Of a stretch of 64,000 nucleotides of DNA, positions 1-9,976 are shown in pieces; the first letter of the stretch is position 1, and each line of letters opens with the position of its first letter. The stretch is from assembly GCA_964202905.1 (NCBI GenBank), contig CAXNJO010000006.1:192001-256000 (forward strand). Direction: 5' to 3'. The position numbers and the translations under genes are program-made. The stretch is from Polyangiales bacterium (GTDB lineage Bacteria; Myxococcota_A; Polyangia; Polyangiales; JADJQN01). The notes under the pieces are model-generated. The model saw only the letters and a program-made list of their open reading frames with translations. It did not search any database and had not been told where the DNA came from.

Positions 1-237
1 TGCGAGCAAGCCGGCGCGGCGAGCGCGGCGAGCGCGGCGAGCGTGATGGCGCGGGCGCGCCGCGCGCGGAGGCGTGAGCTGTTGGACATCGGCGGAACGT
101 ACGGCGCGCGACCCTGCGGGCAAGGCGCGTGCGGCAGCGGGCGTCCGTGTCGTGTTCAGACTCTCGTAAGATGCGCGGCGCAGGTTCGACGTCGAAGGCG
201 CGTGGCACCCGTCGGTGCCCGCACGGAGGAACGAACC

Positions 238-825
238 ATGACCACGACCTCGATGAAGCACGCTGCCCGATTCCCGTTCGCGTCCGCGGCGCTCGCGTCC
301 GCGGTGCTCGCTCTCGGCCTCGCCGTCGGGGCGGGCGGGGCCGCCGCGCAGGACGCACCCGCGCCGCGCGAGCCGGGCCACGGCGACTGCGCCTGCGACC
401 ACGGCGGCGGGCCCGGTCACGGCGAGCGCGCGCACGGACGGCGCACCCCGGCCGAGCGGCTCGCGCATTGGCAGCAGAAGCTCGCGCGCGTCTCCGAGCG
501 CCTGCAGCTGAACGACGCGCAGCGCGGCGCGGCGCAGCGGCTCCTCGTGGAGTTGCACGCGCGCGCCGAGCAGGACCACGCCACGACCGGCCCGCGCACG
601 CCCGAGCGGCGCGAGGCGAGGCAGGCGCTGATGGCGCAGGCCGACGCGCGCTTCAGCGCGCTGCTCGACGCGCGGCAGCGCGCGGCGTGGGACCAGCTCA
701 AGGGTGAGCTCCGCGCGCGGCACGGCGGGGAGCGCGGCGGCTGGCACCGCGGCGGGCGTCGCGGCGGGCATGGCCCGCGGGGCGAGGGGCGTGGCCTCCG
801 CAGCGACGCGGCGCGGGGCATCTGA
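238..825 (+). CDS. Periplasmic Spy/CpxP-like helical protein
   Basis: GGAGG RBS before ATG 238; signal peptide ending AAA-Q; two L(N/L)DxxQ motifs (LQLNDAQR, LLDARQR); sits upstream of a two-component pair. Confidence 0.65.
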   Translation: MTTTSMKHAARFPFASAALASAVLALGLAVGAGGAAAQDAPAPREPGHGDCACDHGGGPGHGERAHGRRTPAERLAHWQQKLARVSERLQLNDAQRGAAQRLLVELHARAEQDHATTGPRTPERREARQALMAQADARFSALLDARQRAAWDQLKGELRARHGGERGGWHRGGRRGGHGPRGEGRGLRSDAARGI

Positions 826-1488
826 GTGGCGGAGCGCGTGCTCGTCATCGAGGACGACGCCGCGCTCGGCGGTCAGCTCGTCGCGCAGCTCGAGCGCGCG
901 GGGTTCGTCGTGCGCTGGCTGCGCGACGGCGACGCCGCGCGCGGGGCCGATCTCGACGGGCTCAGCCTCGTGGTGCTCGACCTGATGTTGCCGGGGGTGT
1001 ACGGCCTTGATCTCCTTCGGCTTTTTCGCGCGCGCTCGGATGTGCCGGTGTTGGTGCTCACCGCGCGCAACGAGACGGCCGACAAGGTGCGCGCGCTCGA
1101 GCTCGGCGCGGACGACTACGTCACCAAGCCCTTCTGGCCCGAGGAGCTCGTCGCGCGCGTGCAGGCGCGGCTGCGGCGCCCGACGATGACGCGCGGCGAC
1201 CGGCTGCGCGTCGGCGCGCTCGACCTCGACCTCGGCGCGCACCTCGCCTCGCACGCCGGTGTCCCGCTCGATCTCACGCCCACCGAGCTGCAGCTCCTCG
1301 TCGCGCTCGCGCGGCGGCCGGGCGCCGCCGTCACGCGCCGCGCGCTCGCGGACGCCGCGCTCGATCTCGGCGGGGAGCGGACCCTCGACGTCCACGTCTC
1401 CCGCCTGCGGCGCAAGCTCCCGGAGGGCGCGCCGCGCATCGTCACGGTGTGGGGGATCGGCTACCGCCTCGAGGCGGGGACGCCGTGA
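826..1488 (+). CDS. OmpR-family response regulator
   Basis: VLVIEDD, VLDLMLPG, GADDYVTKPF receiver motifs; wHTH tail DVHVSRLRRKL..TVWGIGYRL. Confidence 0.95.
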   Translation: MAERVLVIEDDAALGGQLVAQLERAGFVVRWLRDGDAARGADLDGLSLVVLDLMLPGVYGLDLLRLFRARSDVPVLVLTARNETADKVRALELGADDYVTKPFWPEELVARVQARLRRPTMTRGDRLRVGALDLDLGAHLASHAGVPLDLTPTELQLLVALARRPGAAVTRRALADAALDLGGERTLDVHVSRLRRKLPEGAPRIVTVWGIGYRLEAGTP

Positions 1489-2882
1489 AACTCCGTGCGC
1501 GCGCCGCGCTGACGCTCCTCGTCGGCATCGTTCCGCTCGTCGCGCTCCTCGTGTGGGGCCTCCGTGAGGTCCGCGTGCGCGCGGCGGTGGAGGCGACCTC
1601 GGAGGCGGTGCTCGAGTCGCTCGGTGAGCCCGAGCGCGCGCTCTGCGAGGCGGATCCCGCGGCGTTCGTCGCGCGCAGCGGGCGGGGCCCCGGGCCGAGG
1701 CTGCGTCGGCGCGTCGCGCGCCACGTGTCGCCGCTGCGGCTCGCGGTCTACGACGAGGCGCTGCGGCCGGTGACGCCGGACGCGCCGCGCCTCGACGCGG
1801 CGATGACGGCGGCGCTCCTCCGCGGGGAGGCGAGCGCGGCCCGGCGCGAGGAGCGTGCCCGCGGCGCGCGCCTCGTCGTCGCGACGCGCACACCCTGGGG
1901 CAGCGGCCGCTGCGCGTACGTCGTCGTGGAGCGCCCCGACGTGCGCAGGGGGCGCACGCTGCTCTGGCTGAACGCGTTCGGGGTCGCGCTCGCGACGGTG
2001 GCGATCGGCGGGCTCGCGGTCGGGCCGATCGTGCGCCGGATCCGCGCGCTGACGGCCGCGGTCGCGGCGGGCGCGCCGCTCCCGGAGGGCGGCCCGGACG
2101 AGATCGGCGAACTCACGCGCGCGTTCGCCGAGCGCCGCGACGAGCTCGGTCGGCGGCTCGCGGAGCTCGAGGCGCGCGACGCCGCGCTCAAGCGCTTCGT
2201 CGCGAACACCACGCACGACGTGATGTTGCCGCTCACCGTGCTGCACGGTCACCTCGCCGCGCTCGAGGAGGCGGCGCGTGGCGGCGACCCGCGGACGGCC
2301 GCCACGCTGCGCGCGGCGCAGGAGGAGGCGCACTACCTCGCCTCGCTCGTGCAGAACCTCGGCGTCGCCGCGAAGCTCGACGCGGGCGCGCCGCACGTCG
2401 TCTGGCACGACGTGGCGCTCGTCCCGCTGGTCGAGCGCGTCGTCGCGCGGCACGCGCGCCTCGCCGCGCAGCGCGGCCTCGAGCTCGCGCACGCCGTGCC
2501 GGAGGCGGGCGTCACCCTGCGCGGCGACGTCACGCTGCTCGAGCAGGCGGTGAGCAACCTCGTGCACAACGCGGTGCGCTACGCGGAGCCGGGCGGGCAC
2601 GTCGCCGTCGTGCTCGAGCACGCGGGCCCGGAGCGCTTCGAGCTGCGCGTGCTCGACGACGGACCGGGCGTGCCGGAGGCGCTCCTCGCGCGGCTCGGCG
2701 AGCGCGGCTTCCGCGGGGACGAGGCGCGCACGCGGCAGCCGCAGGGGCTCGGCCTCGGCCTTCACATCGCGCGCGACGTCGCAGCGCGCCTCGGGCTCAC
2801 GCTCGGCTTCGCGCGGGGCGACGAGCGCGGCCTCGTCGCGACGCTCTCGGGGCCCTGCCTGCCCGCGCGCGCGGCGGGGTGA
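1485..2882 (+). CDS. Membrane sensor histidine kinase (HAMP-HisKA-HATPase)
   Basis: GTGA overlap with the regulator; two TM segments; DEIGEL, HDVMLPL H-box, NLVHNAVRY, DDGPG, GLGLGL. Confidence 0.93.
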   Translation: MKLRARAALTLLVGIVPLVALLVWGLREVRVRAAVEATSEAVLESLGEPERALCEADPAAFVARSGRGPGPRLRRRVARHVSPLRLAVYDEALRPVTPDAPRLDAAMTAALLRGEASAARREERARGARLVVATRTPWGSGRCAYVVVERPDVRRGRTLLWLNAFGVALATVAIGGLAVGPIVRRIRALTAAVAAGAPLPEGGPDEIGELTRAFAERRDELGRRLAELEARDAALKRFVANTTHDVMLPLTVLHGHLAALEEAARGGDPRTAATLRAAQEEAHYLASLVQNLGVAAKLDAGAPHVVWHDVALVPLVERVVARHARLAAQRGLELAHAVPEAGVTLRGDVTLLEQAVSNLVHNAVRYAEPGGHVAVVLEHAGPERFELRVLDDGPGVPEALLARLGERGFRGDEARTRQPQGLGLGLHIARDVAARLGLTLGFARGDERGLVATLSGPCLPARAAG

Positions 2883-2897
2883 GCCCGCGCCTGCGCG

Positions 2898-4895
2898 TCA
2901 CCGCCCGTGCAGCGCCGGGACGAGCCGCTCCGCGAGGAAGGCCTCGAGCTCGGGGGCGCCTTGGCCCGGGAGCATCTCGTCGTCGATCGGCACGGCGTAG
3001 CGCGACGTGCGCGGCGCGAGCGTCGGCAGCCACGCCGCGTGCAGCGAGAAGCCGACGACGAGCGCGTCCGACGCGAGCCGGCACGGCGGCGCCGAGAGGT
3101 CCTTCGCGTCGAGGATCCAGAGCTCGGGCCGCGTCTCGGTGAACACCATGCAGAGCAGCCAGCCGTCGTCGCGCCCGGGCTGCGCGCCCGGTCTCTGCAC
3201 GAACTGGAGAGAGCTCACCATCGTACCTGATGGCAAGACGAGCGAGTCCGCGATCGTCATCGAGCGCGTGTCGAGGCGCACGATGCAGGCCGGGCGCCCG
3301 CCCTGCGCGGGGAGCGCCTCGATCTCCGCGAGCGGCGTGATCCGGTGCGGGTAATCGGCGTAGAGGTCGTGCACGTAGCGCGTGAGCAGGTCCGGAAACA
3401 CGCCCTCGGTGCCCCAGAAAATCGAGCGGATGCGCTCGGGGAGCGCGTCGGTGCTCCCGAGCCCCTCGCCCGCGTAGAGCGAGATCGCCCAGAGTTTTTC
3501 GTCGTCGACGAGCACCGCCGCGTCGCGCACGGCACCGCTCTTCGCGTCGATCACGTAGCGGCCGAGCCGGCCGACGTCCATCGCGCCGACGGCGAGGAAG
3601 CCGCCCGCGTACGCCGGCCCGGTCTGCCCGGTGTAGTGGTTCTGGTCGTAGGGGCGCACCCACTCGGCGAGGTCGGTCGCGGGCGCGTGCGCGAGGTGCA
3701 CGGTGAGCAGGTCGCCGTCTTCGTCGTAGTCGGCGACGAAGTGATCGGACTCCACCGGGATCACGACGCGCACGGCGGTCGCGACGCCGCCCGGCGAGAG
3801 CGCGGCGCGCGGCACGACGTAGAGCACGGTGTCGGACATCTGCGGCTCGTCGAGCAGCGTGCGGAGGACGGCGTCGAGCTGCTCCTCGCCGGGGAGCGGG
3901 TCGTTGAGGAGCTGCGCGGCGCCCAGCTTGAAGCCCGTGTCGAGCAGGATGACGTGCCCGTGCGTGACCGCGATCTGGTGCACCGACTGGCGGATGGTCA
4001 CGGGGCTGCCGTCCGCGAGCACGAGGTGCGTGCGCGCGAGCTTCCCTTCGCCGTCCCAGCGGACCACGGCGCAGCCCGTCTCCGGCTGCGGGGCGCGCTC
4101 GAGCACGTGCTCGCGGAGCGCGTCACCGAGCCCGAAGCCGCGGAGTCGGTCGACGATCGCGCGCAGCGCGTCCCCGTCCGCGAGGTCGGAGAGCCCCTCG
4201 AGCGCCGCGGCGAGCGGCTTCCGCACGACGGTCGGGAGCCCCGCGAGGAGGCCGGCCGCCGAGAGGCCGAGGAGGCTCGCCGGCGAGCGCACGTAGTTGG
4301 CGGTGAAGAGCTCGCCCGTCGCCGGATCGAAGGCGGGGTGCGCGGGCGAGAGGAAGAGCGGGAAGGGCAGCGGCCCGAGCGCCGAGGCCGTCCATTCGTC
4401 GCGCGCCCCGACGGGCGTGATCGCCTCCAGCGTCTGCGGATCGAGCTCCCAGGGGCGACCCGCGTCGTACGTGACGAGGAGCCGCGGCGTGCCGTCCGCG
4501 CCGAGAAAGGGCTGGAACGCCGTGTTCGCGAAGTTGCGCGCCCCGAGCAGACCGATTCGCGCGATGCCGGCGGTCGTGAAGCGGAGCGCGGCGAGGTCCG
4601 GGCTCTCGTGGGTGAGCGCGTCGGCCCGCTGATCCCAGGTGCGAACGAGCCGAGAGGTCACGCGCGCGCTGCCCGCCGCGAAGTCCACGCGGACGACCAT
4701 CCCGTCGCCGTTCATCACCGTCGTCGGGCGCGGATACGGCAGGCCCCCCGTCGCGACGGTGCCGACGGGCGCGACGACGAAGAAGTGCCCTTCGAGCCCC
4801 TCCGGGAGCGTCCCTTCGAGGATCTGCAGGGGCACCGCGTCGAGCTCGGTGCGGCGGGCGGTGAGGACGGATGCGGGGACGCGGGGGGATTGCAA
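2898..4895 (-). CDS. Carotenoid oxygenase (RPE65/lignostilbene dioxygenase) family protein
   Basis: 3' part of ORF 2898..8426; GTLPEGLEG, NGDGMV, ANTAF and four candidate Fe-ligand His (PAH, SVHQ, SDHF, SLHAAW); start uncertain (TTG 4895 after GGAG, or ATG 4970). Confidence 0.85.
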   Translation of the reverse strand: MQSPRVPASVLTARRTELDAVPLQILEGTLPEGLEGHFFVVAPVGTVATGGLPYPRPTTVMNGDGMVVRVDFAAGSARVTSRLVRTWDQRADALTHESPDLAALRFTTAGIARIGLLGARNFANTAFQPFLGADGTPRLLVTYDAGRPWELDPQTLEAITPVGARDEWTASALGPLPFPLFLSPAHPAFDPATGELFTANYVRSPASLLGLSAAGLLAGLPTVVRKPLAAALEGLSDLADGDALRAIVDRLRGFGLGDALREHVLERAPQPETGCAVVRWDGEGKLARTHLVLADGSPVTIRQSVHQIAVTHGHVILLDTGFKLGAAQLLNDPLPGEEQLDAVLRTLLDEPQMSDTVLYVVPRAALSPGGVATAVRVVIPVESDHFVADYDEDGDLLTVHLAHAPATDLAEWVRPYDQNHYTGQTGPAYAGGFLAVGAMDVGRLGRYVIDAKSGAVRDAAVLVDDEKLWAISLYAGEGLGSTDALPERIRSIFWGTEGVFPDLLTRYVHDLYADYPHRITPLAEIEALPAQGGRPACIVRLDTRSMTIADSLVLPSGTMVSSLQFVQRPGAQPGRDDGWLLCMVFTETRPELWILDAKDLSAPPCRLASDALVVGFSLHAAWLPTLAPRTSRYAVPIDDEMLPGQGAPELEAFLAERLVPALHGR

Positions 4896-5138
4896 GGGAC
4901 GCTCCGTGCGTGTGCGGCGAAGATGTTCGCTCGGGGTGTCGTGCGCGGGTGGTAGTCTCCGGCGCTGCATGGAGTCATCGTCAACCGCGTACGCCGGTTG
5001 GCGTGGCGGTCCGGCGGTCTCGAAAGATGGGGGCGCGGGCATCGGGCCCCGGCTCCGGGCAGAGCGTCGCGGCGCTCCGCCGGCGGCGACGGGCAGCGAC
5101 GTCACGCGGGCTGACGGTCGCGGTGAGGGGCGAGAGGC

Positions 5139-8100
5139 ATGGTGCGTCGGGCAACGAGCATCGGGGGAGAGGTCGCCGCGCCGGAGCGCTTCGAGGTCCG
5201 GCGACGGCTCGGCGAGGGCGCGTTCGGCGAGGTCTTCGAGGCCTGGGACACGGAGCGGCAGTCCGACGTCGCGCTCAAGCGCCTGCATCGCCTGCATCCC
5301 ACCGCGATCTACCGCTTCAAGCGGGAGTTCCGCGCGCTCGCGGACGTGACGCACCCCAACCTCGTGCAGCTCTACGAGCTGCTCAGCGAGGGCTCCGACT
5401 GGTTCTTCACGATGGAGCTCGTGCGCGGCACGCCGCTGCTCGAGTGGCTCCGCCCCGAGGCGTCGGATCTCGCCCGCACCCGCGACGTGTCGGGCGCCGT
5501 GACGATCGATCGCGCCCAGCCCGGCGGGCTCGAGGCCTTCGTCGACGAGGCCGTGACGCAGGCCGTCGAGGCCCCGGTCGCCCCGTTCAGCCTGGACGAG
5601 CCGCGCACGCGCTCCGCGTTCCTGCAGCTCGTGGACGGCGTCGCCGCGCTGCACGCGGCGGGCAAGCTGCACCGCGACCTCAAGTCGCAGAACGTCCTCG
5701 TCACGCCCGAGGGGCGCGTGGTGCTCCTCGACTTCGGGCTCGTGCACGAGCTGGCGCGCGACGGACGGCGGGACACGCACGACGCCGACATCGTCGGCAC
5801 GCCGCTCTACATGTCGCCCGAGCAGGCTTCGGGCTCGCCGCTCACGGAGGCCGCCGACTGGTACGCCGTCGGCGTCGCGCTCTACGTCGCGCTCACGGGG
5901 CAGTTTCCGTTCGAGGGCGGCTCGCTCGAGGTGCTCGTCGCCAAGCAGACGCGCGAGCCCATGGCGCCGAGCCTGTTCTTCCCCGAGGTCCCACCCGATC
6001 TCGAGGCGCTCTGCATGGCGCTGCTGCGGCGGCAGCCCGAGGAGCGCCCGAAGGGCCCGGAGATCCGCGCCCGCCTCGCCCGGCAGGCCCCGTCCGCGCC
6101 GCGGGTCACGCTGGCCCCGGGCGAGCGTCCCTTCGTCGGGCGTGAGCGGGAGCTCGGCCGGCTCTTCGACGCGGCGCGCACCGCGCGCGGCGGGCGCCCG
6201 CGGACGCTCTTCGTGCACGGGCGCTCCGGCATGGGCAAGAGCGCGCTCGTGCGGCACTTCCTCGACCGACTCATGGTCGAGGCGCCGACGACGCTCATCC
6301 TCGAGGGGCGCTGCTACGCGAGCGAGTCCTTGCCGTACAAGGCGCTCGACAGCGTGGTCGATCGGCTCGGTCGTCACCTCGCGGGCCTCGCCCCCGACGC
6401 GCTCGCGGACCTGCTGCCGCCGCACGTCGGCGATCTCGCGCTGCTCTTCCCGACGCTCCGTCGCGTGCGCGCGATCGACACCGCCAGCGTGAACGTCGTG
6501 CTGCCGCCCGATCCGCTCGAGCGTCGCCGCCGGGCGCTCGGCGCGCTGCGGGAGCTGCTGGCCCGGCTCGCGGCGCGGCGGCCCGTCGTGGTGTTCGTCG
6601 ACGACCTGCAGTGGGGCGACGCCGACAGCGCGCTCGCGCTCTCGCAGCTCGTGCAACCCCCGGACGCGCCGCCCTTCCTGCTGCTCGGGACGTACCGCAG
6701 CGAAGAGGCCGGCACGAGCCCCTTCCTCACGACGCTCGGCGCGCTCGCGGCGAGCGTGTGGGACGAGCCGGAGGAGCGCCTCGCGGTCGACGCCCTCACC
6801 GAGGCGGATGCGCGCGCGCTCGCCGCCGCGCTGCTCGCGCAGACCGGGCTCGAGGGCGATCCCCGCGCGGCGCGCATCGTCGCGGAGGCCGACGGCAGCC
6901 CGCTCTTCATCGACCAGCTCGCGACCGCGATGCACGAGCAGCGTGAGCGGGTCGCCGAGGGCGCGCAGCCCGAGGACGACGCGCAGCTCGCGCTCGCCGA
7001 CGTGATCGGACACCGCATCGCGCAGCTGCCGGAGCCCGCGCGGCGCCTGCTCGACGTGCTCGCGATCGCGGGCCGTCCCGTCACTGCGGACGTCCTCCGC
7101 GGCGCGAGCGGCCTCGCGAGCCTCGAGGGCTCCGGGCTGCGGCTGCTGCACGTGGCGCGGCTCGTCCGGACGCGCAGCACGGACGGCCGCGAGCAGGTCG
7201 AGATCTACCACGACCGCATCCGCGAGACGGCGGCTGCCTGCCTCTCGGCGGAGGCGGCGGTCGCGGTGCACCGCGGCCTCGCGACCGCGCTCGAGCACAG
7301 CCCCGAGGGCGACGACGAGACCCGCATGGCGCACTGGCGCGCGGCCGGCGAGCCCGCGCGCGCCTTCGTCTACGCGTCGCGCGCGGCCGAGCGGGCCTAC
7401 ACGGCGCTCGCTTTCGACCACGCCGCGCGGCTCTACCGCGACGCGCTCGCGCTGCGTTCCGCGGATGCCCCGCGTGACGGGCACCTCGAGTCGCGGCTCG
7501 GGGACGCGCTGCGTGACGCGGGTCGCGGCGCGGAGGCGGCGCGCGCGTATGCCGAGGCGGCGCGGCTCAGCGCGGACGCCGACGCGGCGCTCGAGCTGCG
7601 TCGCATGGCGGGCGAGCAGTACCTCGCGGGCGGACACCTCGACGACGCGCGGCGCGAGCTCAGCGAGGTCCTCGGCGCCGTGGGCATGACGTTCCCGCAG
7701 CACCCGGCGCGTGCGCTCGCCTCGTTCTTCGCGGGCCGGGCGCAGCTCCGCGCGCGTGGGCTCGCGTTCACCCCGCGGCCTGCGGGCAGCGTGCGCGGGC
7801 GCGAGCGTCTCAAGATGGACGTCTGCTGGACGATCGCGACGGGCTTCGCGATGATCGACCCCGTCCGCGCCGGCGCGTTCCAGTCGGTGCACATGCTCCT
7901 CGCGCTGCGCTCCGGCGACGTGGGTCGCGTCGCCCGTGCGCTCGCCGTCGAGGTGCCCTTCGCCGCGACGCCCGGCCCGGGTGCGCGCGCCCGCACGGCG
8001 ATGCTCACGCGGCGGGCGAAGACGCTCGCCGCCGAGATCGACGACCCCTTCCTCGACGGCTTGCTCACCTCGACCGTCGGCGGCGCGGCGTGGCTCGAGG

Positions 8101-8951
8101 GGCGCTGGCAGGATGGCTACGACCTCACGGCGCGCGCGGCGGACATCCTGCGCTCGCGCTGCACGGGCGTCGCGTGGCTGCGCGACACGAACGTCATCGT
8201 GGTGTTCGACTGCCTCTACCGTCTCGGCCGTTGGCGTGAGGTGAACGAGGGCGTGCCCGCGCTGCTCGCCGACGCGCGCATGCGCGGCGACCTCTACATG
8301 GAGCTCTACGTGCTCGTGAAGTTCGCGAGCATCGGCTGGCTGGCCTCCGGCGAGCTCGCGGGGCGGTCCGAGGAGCTCGCGGCGGCGCTCGCGCGCTGGT
8401 CGAACGAGCGCTTCTCGCTGCTGCACTACTGGGAGACCTACTCGCAGATCGAAGCGGCCCTCGCGGCCGGCCGGCCTGCGGAGGCGTTCGCGAAGGCGCG
8501 CGCGTCGGCCGCGGGGGTGCGTGATTCACTCCTGTTGCAACTGCAACTCTATCGCATCTCGTGGACAGACGTCCGCGGGCGCGCGGCGCTCGCCCTCGCG
8601 CGTGCGGAGGCGGGGCCGGGGCGCGAGGCGCTCCTGCGGGAGGCCGCCGGGTGCGTCGCGGCGCTCGGTCGCGAGGACGTCGCGTGGTCGCGCGGGCTCG
8701 GCGCCCTGCTCGACGCGGGCGTGAAGACGACGCGGGGCGATCGCGTCGCGGCGCTCGCGGCGCTGCACGAGGCGGAGGCGCGGCTCGCGCTCGCGGGGAT
8801 GGGCGTGCACCAGAGCGTCGCGCGGGCGCGGCGCGGCGAGCTCGAGGACGACACGGCGCTGCTCGAGGCGGCGCACGCGTCGCTCGCGGCGGAAGGGATC
8901 GCGGACCCGCGTCGCATCGTCGCGCTGCTCGCGCCTGGCCGCTGGGCGTGA
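5139..8951 (+). CDS. Ser/Thr protein kinase fused to AAA_16/STAND ATPase and helical-repeat C-terminus
   Basis: LGEGAFGEV, VALK, HRDLKSQN, DFG; Walker A GRSGMGKS; Walker B VFVDDLQWGD. Confidence 0.93.
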   Translation: MVRRATSIGGEVAAPERFEVRRRLGEGAFGEVFEAWDTERQSDVALKRLHRLHPTAIYRFKREFRALADVTHPNLVQLYELLSEGSDWFFTMELVRGTPLLEWLRPEASDLARTRDVSGAVTIDRAQPGGLEAFVDEAVTQAVEAPVAPFSLDEPRTRSAFLQLVDGVAALHAAGKLHRDLKSQNVLVTPEGRVVLLDFGLVHELARDGRRDTHDADIVGTPLYMSPEQASGSPLTEAADWYAVGVALYVALTGQFPFEGGSLEVLVAKQTREPMAPSLFFPEVPPDLEALCMALLRRQPEERPKGPEIRARLARQAPSAPRVTLAPGERPFVGRERELGRLFDAARTARGGRPRTLFVHGRSGMGKSALVRHFLDRLMVEAPTTLILEGRCYASESLPYKALDSVVDRLGRHLAGLAPDALADLLPPHVGDLALLFPTLRRVRAIDTASVNVVLPPDPLERRRRALGALRELLARLAARRPVVVFVDDLQWGDADSALALSQLVQPPDAPPFLLLGTYRSEEAGTSPFLTTLGALAASVWDEPEERLAVDALTEADARALAAALLAQTGLEGDPRAARIVAEADGSPLFIDQLATAMHEQRERVAEGAQPEDDAQLALADVIGHRIAQLPEPARRLLDVLAIAGRPVTADVLRGASGLASLEGSGLRLLHVARLVRTRSTDGREQVEIYHDRIRETAAACLSAEAAVAVHRGLATALEHSPEGDDETRMAHWRAAGEPARAFVYASRAAERAYTALAFDHAARLYRDALALRSADAPRDGHLESRLGDALRDAGRGAEAARAYAEAARLSADADAALELRRMAGEQYLAGGHLDDARRELSEVLGAVGMTFPQHPARALASFFAGRAQLRARGLAFTPRPAGSVRGRERLKMDVCWTIATGFAMIDPVRAGAFQSVHMLLALRSGDVGRVARALAVEVPFAATPGPGARARTAMLTRRAKTLAAEIDDPFLDGLLTSTVGGAAWLEGRWQDGYDLTARAADILRSRCTGVAWLRDTNVIVVFDCLYRLGRWREVNEGVPALLADARMRGDLYMELYVLVKFASIGWLASGELAGRSEELAAALARWSNERFSLLHYWETYSQIEAALAAGRPAEAFAKARASAAGVRDSLLLQLQLYRISWTDVRGRAALALARAEAGPGREALLREAAGCVAALGREDVAWSRGLGALLDAGVKTTRGDRVAALAALHEAEARLALAGMGVHQSVARARRGELEDDTALLEAAHASLAAEGIADPRRIVALLAPGRWA

Positions 8952-9059
8952 TCGGGGACCGCTCGGCGTGATCGGTCGCGGGGGGGCCGTCCGCGTCACC
9001 GGGGGCTGCGCCCGGGCCGCGCAGCGAGCGTCCCTTTGGCCGGGCACGCCGGCGCCGCG

Positions 9060-9804
9060 TCACAGCCGGCGGAACGGGCGCGGCGTGTCGAGGGTGATGG
9101 TCGCGAGGTACTCGGCGGTGCCGTCGCCGCCGTCGCCGACGACGACGCGCTCGGCGCGCGCGTCGAAGGTGAGGCGCGGATCGCCGTCCGTGGCGCTCAC
9201 GCCGTCGTCCGCGGCGAAGGTCGGGCCCGCGGGGCCGAGCTCGCACGCGACGTAACCGGCCGTCTGCGCGGGGTTCGGGTAGAGGAGCGCGCCGTCGCAG
9301 ATCACGCGCACGAGGCAGTTGAAGCCGCCGGCGGCGACGGGGAGCACGCGCACATCGCAGGTCGCGCCCGCGCGCACCGGCGCGTCGCCCTCGACCTGCG
9401 CGACGCGTCCGCGCCGCGTGACGGCGCCGAACGTGCCCGCGCCGCCGTCGAGCCCGCCGGTGGACGCGCGCGAGCGCACGAGCTGCGGGTCGACGGTCGA
9501 CGCCTCGGCCGCCGCGGCGGCTGCGAGCGCGGGGTCGAAGGGCGCGTCGCGTCGCGGGCGCGTGCGTCGCCGTTCGGGCGCGTGCGGCGGCGGGGGCGCA
9601 GGGCGCGGCCGCGCGCGGTGGTTCGCCGTCGGCGGACGCGGGCGCGGACGCGGGGCCGATCGCCGCGCCGCGCGGGTCGTGCGTGAAGAGCCGACCGACG
9701 CCGAGGAGCACGAGCGCCGCCGTGCCGATCGCCGCGAGCGCCGCGACGAGCAGCGGCCAGCGCGCGGGGGCGTCGTCGTCGGAGAGGGGCGGGGGTGGGG
9801 ACAT
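9060..9804 (-). CDS. Membrane-anchored Cys-containing protein (apparent frameshift near 9550-9600)
   Basis: N-terminal TM (WPLLVAALAAIGTAALVLLG) in frame of ORF 8194..10005; globular C-terminus (TCDVRV..FNCLVRVICDG..LYP) in frame of ORF 9060..9890. Confidence 0.6.
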
Positions 9805-9976
9805 CGCGGGGCCGGCGGTGCGCGGCGGTCTGTGCATCGTGGCCCGACGTTCGACGCCCGGCACGCCGCGAGGTTCCGTCGATTCGTCACGACCCTCCGG
9901 GTCGTGCGTCCCGCGTCGACCGCGCGCGTCCGGGACCCTCGCGCCGCGCGCGCGGACGTGAGACACCTCCCGGACG

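Noticed and set aside
14..43. 9-bp tandem repeat gcgcggcga (about 3 copies)
   Set aside because: Short low-complexity GC repeat at the window edge with no supportable function
4971..8426. 1842-aa minus-strand ORF as a single protein
   Set aside because: The 5' two-thirds is the antisense shadow of the kinase; only the oxygenase part looks real
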